Origin: Candidatus Hadarchaeota archaeon
GTDB taxonomy: Archaea > CAYQAE01 > CAYVLA01
Direction of reading: 5' to 3'
DNA: 15,744 nucleotides
NCBI GenBank assembly: GCA_964452145.1
Contig: CAYVLA010000044.1
Location: forward strand, 1 to 15,744
The translations under genes and the position numbers were made by a program. The notes below the pieces were generated by a model. It ran no database searches and was not told where the DNA came from. It saw nothing but the letters and a program-made list of their open reading frames with translations. Of this stretch, positions 5,395-13,670 are shown one piece after another. Positions within the stretch are counted from its first letter, which is position 1. Each line of letters opens with the position of its first letter.

Positions 5395-8295
5395 TTGACG
5401 AGCAAGCAAGCAAATCCAATCCGGAGCACGTTCTCAAGGGGAAGGCCGGCCAGGGAAGCTGGTCTTGGGAGACTTGCACTCCTGGCAGTCCTGCTGGGCT
5501 CCGCCGTGTACCTTGCCCACCCGGTCAGCCACACCCCAACGAAATGCTACGCGTTTGGGGTAGGCGAGGATGCGCAGAAAGCATACCATACCTTGACCGT
5601 CGGAACGACCGACTCAGTTGGGACCAGCATCGACCCGGCCGAAGCATCGGACTCCTTTTCTTGGGAGATGATCCGGGCCACGGGCTGCGGACTGGTGCAG
5701 ATCAATGAGGGGGCCCCAAACGGAGCAGGCGAGAAGGACATAGTACCATCCCTCGCCACGGACTGGTCGGTGAGCGGTGATGGCAGGACATGGACCTTCA
5801 ACCTGAGAAGGGGCGTGAAGTTTGCCGACGGAACAGAGTTCAACGCCACCCATGTGAAGTACAGCATCGACAGGGGAATCGGACTTGCCGTTCCGGACGG
5901 GGCCTTCGTTGGCATGGGGTTTGGCGACATCATAGACCGCATCGAGGTTGCGAACAAGTATCAGGTGAAGTTCCATCTGAAGATTCCCTTCGGTCCCTTC
6001 CTTGCCTTGATGGCGTCCCCGGTTTCGTACATGGTGAACCCGAACTACGCGCATCCCAGTTCGACCGTCAGCTATGTCGAGGGAGATGCGCGGGCAAGCT
6101 GTCCTAATGACCTCGGCCCGTACATTCTGACCAAGTGGACCAGAAAGACTGGGAAGGACTACGAGATGCGGTTCGAGGCCAACCCCAACTACTGGGACAA
6201 GGGCTCCGGGCTGCCTAGATCAGAGGAACTTGTAATCAGGTTTTACTTTGACCCCACAGCACTTGCGGTGGCCATTGATGCGGGTGACGTCGACGTAGCC
6301 TTCGGGAAGCTCGAGGTATCGGACATCAACAACTTCAAGGCAATGACCAACGTCAAGGTGTGGGAGGGAACGGGACAGTTCATCCAGTACCTGGTATTCC
6401 AGCAGAAGATAAAGCCCTTCGACGATGCGAGGGTAAGAAGGGCCGTTGCGGCGGCCTTGAACCGGACGGCGCTCTGCAAGACGGTCTTCTTGGGCCAAGC
6501 GGTGAATCTGTATAGCATGATACCCAACGGCATGATTGGCCACATCGACGCGTACAAGATGCTGGGCGATGCCAACTACACATTTACCACGAACACTCTC
6601 AGGGATCTAGGGTATACCGAGACCAACAAGCTGGTAGTTGACCTCTGGTATGAGACCTCTGGACACTACCCTCAGAGCCCAGAACAGGTCGCGGCGATAA
6701 AGTCATCCCTGGAGGCCAGCGGCGTGATAACAGTGAACGAGCATGGGCTTGACTGGCGGACCTACAGGGTGAAGACCGGAGAGGAGGGCATGCCGGCCTA
6801 CATCTATGGCTGGTACCCGGACTACGTCGACCCCGACAACTATGTCTATCCATTCCTGCATTCGTCGGGCTCAGCCTGGCTGCACGACAACTATGCCAAC
6901 CCCCAGATGGATGCCCTGGTTGAAAACGCTCGTAGTAGTACAGATGCAGCCGTCAGGCAGAACCTCTATAACCAGGTCCAGCAACTCATGGTCCAAGATG
7001 CCCCGGTGGTGCCAATGCTCCAATCTTCCATGTATGCCGTGGCGAAGCCAAACATCAGGGGCGTATTCTTGGACATATCTGGGGCATGGCGGCTCTGGCT
7101 CGTGTACAAGGCCTGCGAGGTAGACATCTCCAGCCGGCCTAGAGTATCCCCCCTGATAGTTGACGGGTTGACGCTTCAGGTCGCCGACCAGCCCTGGCTC
7201 TACACCTGGGCTTTGGGCACCAACCACACACTGACCGTACCTCAGACCACCATAACCGAGGCAAACACTCGATACATCTTCACAGCGTGGAGTGATGGCT
7301 CGAAGAACACGACCCGAAACATTACGGCCACGACAGACACCACGATGGCGGCAGAGTTCCAAACCCAACACCACCTGACGCTTCTAACCGATCCCAAGGG
7401 GCTTGTAGCCATCTCGGGGCAGGGTTGGTACACGGAAGGAACCCGGGTACAGGTCATCGCTCCCAGCGTGGCATACTACAGGTTTGACCACTGGGCGCTG
7501 GACACCACTGACCTGGAAGGCAGGGATCTGACGATCACGATGGAGCAACCACGCAGAGCCACGGCATACTACACGCTGGACGTATCAGAGCTAGATGCGC
7601 GATTGAGCCAGCTTGCAACCGCGGTCAGTTCACTGAGCTCCAAGGTCAGCAGCCTAGAAGCGAGAGTGACCAATCTGGAATCCTTGCTGCAGATCCTGGG
7701 GGCGGACATTCAGGCCGTCTGGGGAAGACAGACCCAGCTGGAGGAGTACGACAGAGACGCCAACAAATCCATAGGGAGCCTGGAGGAAGGCTTGGGCAAA
7801 CTGAAGGCAGAACTAGGCGCGTTCAAAGAAGCACTGACAAGCTTCACATGCTCTCTCGAGGCGAGCCTTTCAGACATCTGCAGCAGGGTCGCCGACCTGC
7901 AGAGTTCGCTTGCGGCGGAGAGTGGCAGATTGGAGGGTGAACTGGATTCCCTCTCAGCGCAGACCAGTACCAACATCACCCTCGTTTCGACTGGCCAGAT
8001 TGAGCTGGCCCGGGATCTCACTGCCTCGCTGGACCTGCAGGAGAGGTTGACATCCTCCTTGGACCGGTTGCAGGGATCGTTGAATGCGAGCATACAGACG
8101 CTGGAGAAGCGCTTTGGAGATATCGAGCAAATAGTCAACGCTACCAGAACGCTGCTGTCCGCAACCGCGGGGAAGGTTGGCAGCGAGGAGGGACGTCTAG
8201 ATAGGCTTGAGTCCCAGAGGCTATTATGGTCACTCTTGGCGGTGATTGCTCTAGCGGTGGCAGTACTCGGAGTCGTTGTGGGGGCGAGGAGGTAG
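5395..8295 (+). CDS. ABC transporter family-5 (DppA/OppA-like) solute-binding protein fused to B-repeat-like domains, a coiled-coil stalk and a C-terminal TM anchor
   Basis: N-terminal hydrophobic signal. Family-5 signature PSLATDWSVSGDGRTWTFNLRRGVKFADGTEFNA, then GPY, ANPNYW, PFDDARVRRAVAAALNR, GWYPDYVDPD and YANPQMDALVE. Followed by RYIFTAWSDG and GQGWY...YRFDHW repeats, heptad repeats, and LLWSLLAVIALAVAVLGVVVGARR. Confidence 0.92.
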   Translation: MTSKQANPIRSTFSRGRPAREAGLGRLALLAVLLGSAVYLAHPVSHTPTKCYAFGVGEDAQKAYHTLTVGTTDSVGTSIDPAEASDSFSWEMIRATGCGLVQINEGAPNGAGEKDIVPSLATDWSVSGDGRTWTFNLRRGVKFADGTEFNATHVKYSIDRGIGLAVPDGAFVGMGFGDIIDRIEVANKYQVKFHLKIPFGPFLALMASPVSYMVNPNYAHPSSTVSYVEGDARASCPNDLGPYILTKWTRKTGKDYEMRFEANPNYWDKGSGLPRSEELVIRFYFDPTALAVAIDAGDVDVAFGKLEVSDINNFKAMTNVKVWEGTGQFIQYLVFQQKIKPFDDARVRRAVAAALNRTALCKTVFLGQAVNLYSMIPNGMIGHIDAYKMLGDANYTFTTNTLRDLGYTETNKLVVDLWYETSGHYPQSPEQVAAIKSSLEASGVITVNEHGLDWRTYRVKTGEEGMPAYIYGWYPDYVDPDNYVYPFLHSSGSAWLHDNYANPQMDALVENARSSTDAAVRQNLYNQVQQLMVQDAPVVPMLQSSMYAVAKPNIRGVFLDISGAWRLWLVYKACEVDISSRPRVSPLIVDGLTLQVADQPWLYTWALGTNHTLTVPQTTITEANTRYIFTAWSDGSKNTTRNITATTDTTMAAEFQTQHHLTLLTDPKGLVAISGQGWYTEGTRVQVIAPSVAYYRFDHWALDTTDLEGRDLTITMEQPRRATAYYTLDVSELDARLSQLATAVSSLSSKVSSLEARVTNLESLLQILGADIQAVWGRQTQLEEYDRDANKSIGSLEEGLGKLKAELGAFKEALTSFTCSLEASLSDICSRVADLQSSLAAESGRLEGELDSLSAQTSTNITLVSTGQIELARDLTASLDLQERLTSSLDRLQGSLNASIQTLEKRFGDIEQIVNATRTLLSATAGKVGSEEGRLDRLESQRLLWSLLAVIALAVAVLGVVVGARR

Positions 8296-8569
8296 TTTTG
8301 AACATATTGGGTAGGCCAAGATGCGAGGTTGGTTGGACCCTCTTCCTAGCCCCCCCTCTGTTTCCATCCACCCTGACCGCCCTAACAAGACCCGCCTTCT
8401 CAAGCATATCGACGTGCCTAGAGATCGTTGATTTGCTCTTCCCTACCCTCTTGGCCAGTTCGGAAATGTGGACGGGCTCCGATCTGACGAGGGAGAAGAT
8501 CCTCCATCTCGTGTCCGAGCCGAGAACCATTATGGCGTCACGGGCACCATTCCCGGACAGGATTCTCAA
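8141..8569 (-). CDS. ArsR-like winged helix-turn-helix transcriptional regulator
   Basis: LGSDTRWRIFSLV...HISELAKRVGKSKSTISRHVDMLEKAGLV is a typical ArsR/HTH_20 motif. The 3' end overlaps the convergent SBP gene by 155 nt, so the C-terminal extent is uncertain. Confidence 0.85.
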   Translation of the reverse strand: MRILSGNGARDAIMVLGSDTRWRIFSLVRSEPVHISELAKRVGKSKSTISRHVDMLEKAGLVRAVRVDGNRGGARKRVQPTSHLGLPNMFKTTSSPPQRLRVLPPLEQSPPRVTIIASGTQAYLDVPPRCQPSPRLRTAAFW

Positions 8570-8897
8570 ACCATTTATTCCATGGATTTCCTCATCATAC
8601 TCAGCATCATCAGGCTGAGATTCGAATCTCGCTTCGTGCAGATGAGAACCCCCTTCCTACCTTCGGTGTACAATCCATCGAGGAAACGTCCGCCGCACTG
8701 TGGATTCAAAAATTCTACCTAACCCTCTCTGGAGCCTGCGGAAAGAGAACGGCGCTTGGAGGCCCTTCCCAGGGCATTTCTCCGGCACCAGACATGGCCT
8801 GACAGGGGTTTCTCTTCCCGGCCGCTGAGCGTGACAGGCCACCAGAAAGAACCACAGCGCGTTGCCTTCAAGTGCTTCTTCCAGCTTCCAGAGGTAA

Positions 8898-8904
8898 TTA
8901 AATA
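8898..8904 (+). promoter_or_regulatory. Archaeal TATA-box-like element, probably driving a leaderless transcript
   Basis: TTAAATA ends 25 nt before ATG 8929. Confidence 0.6.
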
Positions 8905-8928
8905 GCGGCGATCAAGATAGGTTCAACC

Positions 8929-10362
8929 ATGATCGTGCAGCAGGTGGCGGACGGCACCATGTCAGGTTTCATAAGAAGGCGCGAGGTGATCCTCGCTCCC
9001 ACCTACCGAGAGAACCAGGAGCTCAACTTCGAGCACTGGAGCATGGAACGTGTCCAGCGCTACATCAACATGTTGAGTGCCTTTGGGTACAACTCGCTGC
9101 AACTCTGCGAGGTTCAGGCAGCTCTAGGGGGACACAAGGCGGCGGGATTCCGAACCCTCGATGCCCTAGCCGACAGGATCAACGCCATAGCCGATTGCGC
9201 TGGAAGGACCGGCATGGAGAGGAGTCTCTTCATCTGGGCTCAGATCCTGTTTGAGCTTTCCAGGATCTATTGCCCGAGCGACGCCTCTGACCGCGCTGTG
9301 ATCGAGGAAGAGTACGAGAGAATGGCCCGAACCTACGCCCCGCACTTCGATCACATCATTGCCTACTGGGGAGAACCAGGACCCTGCATGCAGAGGTGCG
9401 CCCGTTGCACCTACTCTACCTACCAGTTCATGACGGCCCTGCTGGCGAAGAAGTTCAGGAGATACAATCCCAATATCCGTGCCACTCTCAATATCTGGGG
9501 ACTCATGAGGAAGGAGAGAGCCGGCAGACTCGCAGACAAGACCCGGGAGATTCTGCTGGATCCCAAGTCGAATAGACTTCTGGAAAGGCCGGTGGCCAAC
9601 AAGGATGTCATCCAGCGCCTTGAGGCAGACGGCCCCATCGTGGACGACGCAAAACGGCTCCAATCAATGAGCGAACTGGCCACCTCCATATCCCTGCCAA
9701 AGGATATCGGCATCTGTCTGGATGGTTGTACGACCGGCGCGCTCACCTGGTCCGGACCGGCGACCCTGCGCTTCGACGAGATCGAAATGATAGCGAGGAG
9801 CGGACGTCCCGTCGGCGTCTGGGGCTGGTACCTTACCGACTACGAAGGAACCGAGAGAAGCGATCTTGAGCTTAGACGAGTGAGCGACTACTTCGAATCC
9901 ATGCCGAGGGGAATCGGGAAGATGCTGGACTGGCACTCCGTCGAGATCACAAGCCACGGATGGCCACCGATCATACTCAACGTCTACGTCGCTGGCCGGA
10001 AAATGCAGGACCCCACCAGCCCCCTGGAGCAGATCCTCGCCGAGTTCTGTGAAGGCTACTATGGAAAAGAGCTGGCGCCCATAATGCTGGGAAGCTACCT
10101 CCTCCTAGACAAAGCCCCCCTAGTATCACGCCCTCTCTCGAAAGTCAGGATCGTGAACCTTCTGGGCACGGAAAGGTATGAGCAGGAAGCCAGGGGATGG
10201 CTCGAGAAACTGGAAGCAGTAACCGCTGACCCAGATGCTCAACCTCGGTTCCCAGTCATCGTCGAGCCGGAGGAAATGAGGCTTTTTGCGGTTCAGCGCC
10301 TGAAACGGACGATAGCGATATCGGAGCGGCTGAGGGAGTTTCAGAACGAGCACACTTCGTGA
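8929..10362 (+). CDS. Hypothetical protein, probable glycoside-hydrolase-like TIM barrel
   Basis: 477-aa ORF with a TATA-supported start. WSMERVQRYINMLSAFGYNSLQL resembles the first alpha/beta unit of GH-type barrels. Also has a Cys cluster GEPGPCMQRCARC, VGVWGWY, and a helical C-terminal domain beginning LAEFCEGYYG. Confidence 0.6.
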   Translation: MIVQQVADGTMSGFIRRREVILAPTYRENQELNFEHWSMERVQRYINMLSAFGYNSLQLCEVQAALGGHKAAGFRTLDALADRINAIADCAGRTGMERSLFIWAQILFELSRIYCPSDASDRAVIEEEYERMARTYAPHFDHIIAYWGEPGPCMQRCARCTYSTYQFMTALLAKKFRRYNPNIRATLNIWGLMRKERAGRLADKTREILLDPKSNRLLERPVANKDVIQRLEADGPIVDDAKRLQSMSELATSISLPKDIGICLDGCTTGALTWSGPATLRFDEIEMIARSGRPVGVWGWYLTDYEGTERSDLELRRVSDYFESMPRGIGKMLDWHSVEITSHGWPPIILNVYVAGRKMQDPTSPLEQILAEFCEGYYGKELAPIMLGSYLLLDKAPLVSRPLSKVRIVNLLGTERYEQEARGWLEKLEAVTADPDAQPRFPVIVEPEEMRLFAVQRLKRTIAISERLREFQNEHTS

Positions 10363-10477
10363 ACGAGCTGGCCAACAGGCAGGTCCGACCAGAGAGCCTT
10401 GCCCGCTAGCCGTTCAAAGCAGTCTCTCGCTCGCCCTTTGTCGATGAGACCCGCGATGATCCACACAGACTGCTCGC

Positions 10478-11551
10478 TCATTGGGGGTCAGGCCGCGGCA
10501 ACCTTTGCTCAACCGGCGGAAGCGCAGGTCCACCTCTGGCGGGATTCGTGAGGTAGTAGTAGGCGGTACTGGAGTAGTCAAGGCTGAGGTTGTTGGCGTG
10601 GCCGTGCTCCACGGTGACGAGGATGCTCCTGCGGAAACGAATGGGGTCCTCGATGTTGTAGCGGTACACGCTCTGCTTGCCCTTCCAGCGCTGGTCCTCG
10701 CCTCCCCTGTACAGGATGATGCCGTGGTAGGGCGAGTTGTACTCCTCCCTCGGACAGCAGGCACAGTTGTACCAGTCCTCGGTGCCGGTTCCGTGGAGGG
10801 AGGGAGGCCACCTCTCTCGATCGATGAATATCATATCGTCGCCCTCGCCGTACCAATCATTCGGGTTTGGCCTGAAGCAGTCTATGTCTAGGTGGGCTCC
10901 GCAGTAGATGCCATTGCCTTTGGCATCGAGGATGACGTAGTTGTCCTTGCCTGTGACGTTTAGAAGCCTGGGGTCGCCTCCGGCCTGCTCGCGGGACAGG
11001 CCCTCCTCGCACATCCAACCCTTGGTGTCGCTTTCACGGTGCCACTGGACATGGAAGTAGGAAGACCCCTTCAGAGGCTGGACATTCGGGTAGAGCTCAT
11101 AGTCGACGTAGAAGTAGTGGCCATAGGCCTCGGTGCCCTCGTTTGTCACTTCGACGATGGCCTTCTTCTTGAAAGGCATGGGCCACCAGGAGTTGAAACC
11201 CCTGCCCTCGCGCGGGCTCATCTGGAGGGGGAGGGATACGAAGTTCCTCCTGAGTGCGTGGCCCAACCCGAAAAAGTCCCCGACCGGGCATTCCACACTG
11301 GGCTCCCCGCGGCCATCCCAGTACATTCTCAGGACTATCCGGCGCAGATAGTCGTCACTGGGGGTCCGGACTATCGCCATCCAGATATGCTTGATGCAAC
11401 CCGGACCATCGATCTCGGCCAGAACCCTGGTCTCGCCGCCCTCTATCCTCCAGGAATCCGCGTTGCCGCCTGTCTTGTCGTAGCTGGAGACTCGGTGGCT
11501 AGTGTACTCCCTCAGGAACGGGAGTGCTCCGAGAGATGTTGCGCCAATCAT
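10478..11551 (-). CDS. Glycoside hydrolase family 172 (DUF2961) protein
   Basis: SSYDKTGGNAD, GPGCIKHIW, LRMYWDG...PSVECPVGDFFG, FNSWWPMPF, WYGEGDDMIFID, HGTGTEDWYN and EHGHAN...YSSTAYYY. Both catalytic-type Glu motifs are present. Start ATG 11551; 11575 is the alternative. Confidence 0.93.
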   Translation of the reverse strand: MIGATSLGALPFLREYTSHRVSSYDKTGGNADSWRIEGGETRVLAEIDGPGCIKHIWMAIVRTPSDDYLRRIVLRMYWDGRGEPSVECPVGDFFGLGHALRRNFVSLPLQMSPREGRGFNSWWPMPFKKKAIVEVTNEGTEAYGHYFYVDYELYPNVQPLKGSSYFHVQWHRESDTKGWMCEEGLSREQAGGDPRLLNVTGKDNYVILDAKGNGIYCGAHLDIDCFRPNPNDWYGEGDDMIFIDRERWPPSLHGTGTEDWYNCACCPREEYNSPYHGIILYRGGEDQRWKGKQSVYRYNIEDPIRFRRSILVTVEHGHANNLSLDYSSTAYYYLTNPARGGPALPPVEQRLPRPDPQ

Positions 11552-11755
11552 CCAAACCACTTCAGGACAGCACACAACAGAAAGGCGCTGATAAATCCAT
11601 GCCCATCGGGAGCTACGTGAGGATCATTCACAGCCCCGAGCAGCTTCACATATTGCCAAGGTTTGGCCCCCATCCAGAACGTGGAAGGCCCTGCCAGCCA
11701 AGTACGCTGTTTACCATCGACCTACGCATAGCAACTTGGTTGATGGCATTTGCCA

Positions 11756-12745
11756 TCAGGTCCTGCCTTGGAAAGGAGAGGCCCCTTGCCCGGTCCTGAG
11801 CCACATGTGAGCGGCATCAACAGCTTCCTTCTCAGTGAGCGAAACCCCTATCAGCCATCTGAAAACGAGTGGGCTTTCGATCTCGTCGCACTTCTTCGAG
11901 AACTGGTAGCTCAGAATGGGGGTGTGCGTAGGCAGATTAAGATTCCTGATACTCGCCGTCCGGTTCTCGTGGACATAGTACTCGTCCATCTTTCTCGGCC
12001 AATGGCTGAAGGTCAGAACCGACTTCTCAAAGTTCAGCCCCCAGACCAGAACCCTGGTGGGGTAGTAGCGGTACGGCATCGAAGCACGACCGAAGGCTAC
12101 GAAAGGCCCGGGCTGGCGGATCTTGTGCAGGATATGAACCTGGGCCTCCCAACCCACCACATCGGTGTTCCACCCCGATGCCCGGACCACGCCGTCGACG
12201 TCCATCTGCCATCTCAGGTCCACTCTGCCATCGCCAAAGGGATCAACAACCGTGTCCACCATCCCTTGCGGTGACACGTTGTCAGTGGGAGCCGCGCCGG
12301 GAGGATTCACAATACCGAACTCACAGACTTCGTAGCCATCCTTGTTGCGTTTCATGTCAAGTTCCGTCCCATGATGCAGCTCGGCCCGCCTCACGCACAG
12401 CCCGTTGTCCCAGAACTCGTAATCCTCCACGACCCTAGTATTTCCACGGTAGATCCGCCCACCAAAGGTCACCAAGTCCATGCACCAACGGACCTTGACG
12501 TGATCTGGATCCCGTTCGACGACCTCCAGCGACATGTGCTCCCTGTCGTCGTCACACAGACATTCGTAGGGTGCGGCCTCTACCCATCCGAAGTAGAAAC
12601 CGACTAGATCGGGGAAGAACCACACCGGTACGCAGTTGCGCCAGAAGGCAACATGGAAAGGAAGGTGACTCCATCTGACCACCAGCGCCGAATCCCTCTC
12701 GCCGCCGTACACGTAATCCTCCCAGTCGACCGAGATTGCCGACAT
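11756..12745 (-). CDS. Hypothetical beta-rich protein
   Basis: Long ORF with protein-like composition rich in Trp and other aromatics. The start is trimmed to ATG 12745 (MSAISVDW) because TTTATG lies 26 nt upstream and this removes the overlap with the divergent gene. Confidence 0.7.
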   Translation of the reverse strand: MSAISVDWEDYVYGGERDSALVVRWSHLPFHVAFWRNCVPVWFFPDLVGFYFGWVEAAPYECLCDDDREHMSLEVVERDPDHVKVRWCMDLVTFGGRIYRGNTRVVEDYEFWDNGLCVRRAELHHGTELDMKRNKDGYEVCEFGIVNPPGAAPTDNVSPQGMVDTVVDPFGDGRVDLRWQMDVDGVVRASGWNTDVVGWEAQVHILHKIRQPGPFVAFGRASMPYRYYPTRVLVWGLNFEKSVLTFSHWPRKMDEYYVHENRTASIRNLNLPTHTPILSYQFSKKCDEIESPLVFRWLIGVSLTEKEAVDAAHMWLRTGQGASPFQGRT

Positions 12746-12842
12746 GCGGCTTAGTGGCACCACCGCCCAACATAAATCTATGCGAGGGTTGAGGCGATCG
12801 AGAGGTGAGACATCTAAAAGTGCGAACCGGCCAGCAGCCTGC
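12746..12842. promoter_or_regulatory. Compact divergent promoter region
   Basis: TTTATG on the minus strand (12771-12776) lies 26 nt before ATG 12745. TCTAAAAG on the plus strand (12813-12820) lies 23 nt before ATG 12843. Confidence 0.5.
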
Positions 12843-13655
12843 ATGACCGACCTTGACTGGCGGATAGGCATCAATTCCGTCACCCTGAAACAAGCCACCC
12901 TTGAGGATAGGATCATGGCAGCAGGAGAATGCGGCTACGATGGCTTCGGCTTCTGGGTCAGGGATCTACAACAGCAAGGCGAGGGGGGCCGCACGGCGGC
13001 CGAGATAGCAGAGCTGCTCAGGTCTTGGAAACTTGAGGCGTGCGAACTCCTTGCCGTGCGCAAGTGGCAGGAGACGCCCATCGAGAGCTTCGAAGAAGCC
13101 GAAAATGAGGCAAGAGCCGTTTTCAAACTTGCATCTCAGCTCGGCACCTGCCTGGTCACGAGCCCCGCGGGGCCCACCCTTCATACCCCCGAGGACTGGC
13201 GTCTCCGAGTCGAGAGGATCTGTGACATCGCGGCCGAGTACGGCATCACAATTGCCCTCGAGTTTATAAGGGGCAGAAGCATCTCTGACTTCTCATCAAC
13301 AGTTGAAATCGTTCGATCGGCTGACAGGGAGAATGTGGGCGTGCTGCTGGATATCTTCCACTTCCATCGCAGCGGTTGCACGCCGGACGATCTAGGATCG
13401 GTCGAGCCGCAAGAGGTCGCTCTCGTGCACATCGATGATGTTGCCGCAAAGCCCCTCGACGCCCTCCGCGACCAAGACAGGGTGTTCCCGGGGGATGGTG
13501 TCGCACCCACGTCCAAGATCGTCTCAGCGCTGGCTGACATAGGATACAACGGCTATTTCTCCGTAGAGATCTTCAACGAGGAATACTGGAGGATGGACCC
13601 AAAGGAGGCCGCAAGGATCGCTCTTCAGAAGACCAGATCGGTCTTGGGGCTTTAA
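12843..13655 (+). CDS. Sugar phosphate isomerase/epimerase (xylose isomerase-like TIM barrel, IolI-like)
   Basis: Metal-binding pattern IALEF, LLDIFHF, VHIDD, DRVFPGDGV and GYNGYFSVEIF. Start trimmed to ATG 12843. Confidence 0.9.
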   Translation: MTDLDWRIGINSVTLKQATLEDRIMAAGECGYDGFGFWVRDLQQQGEGGRTAAEIAELLRSWKLEACELLAVRKWQETPIESFEEAENEARAVFKLASQLGTCLVTSPAGPTLHTPEDWRLRVERICDIAAEYGITIALEFIRGRSISDFSSTVEIVRSADRENVGVLLDIFHFHRSGCTPDDLGSVEPQEVALVHIDDVAAKPLDALRDQDRVFPGDGVAPTSKIVSALADIGYNGYFSVEIFNEEYWRMDPKEAARIALQKTRSVLGL

Positions 13656-13670
13656 AGGTGGTGACCCCCT

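Noticed and set aside
10341..10481. Small minus-strand ORF (about 46 aa) overlapping the GH172 stop by ATGA
   Set aside because: It has no recognisable motif and runs into the convergent gene; it may be chance or an unidentifiable remnant.
11741..11758. Inverted repeat TGATGGCA-TT-TGCCATCA at the stop of the unknown gene
   Set aside because: A 2-nt spacer, no U-tract and no second copy seen in the window; insufficient to call a terminator or operator.
12744..12916. Head-to-head overlap of tracked ORFs 11756..12916 and 12744..13655
   Set aside because: This is an artefact of longest-ORF starts. Internal ATGs at 12745 (-) and 12843 (+) each have a TATA-like box at the proper distance.
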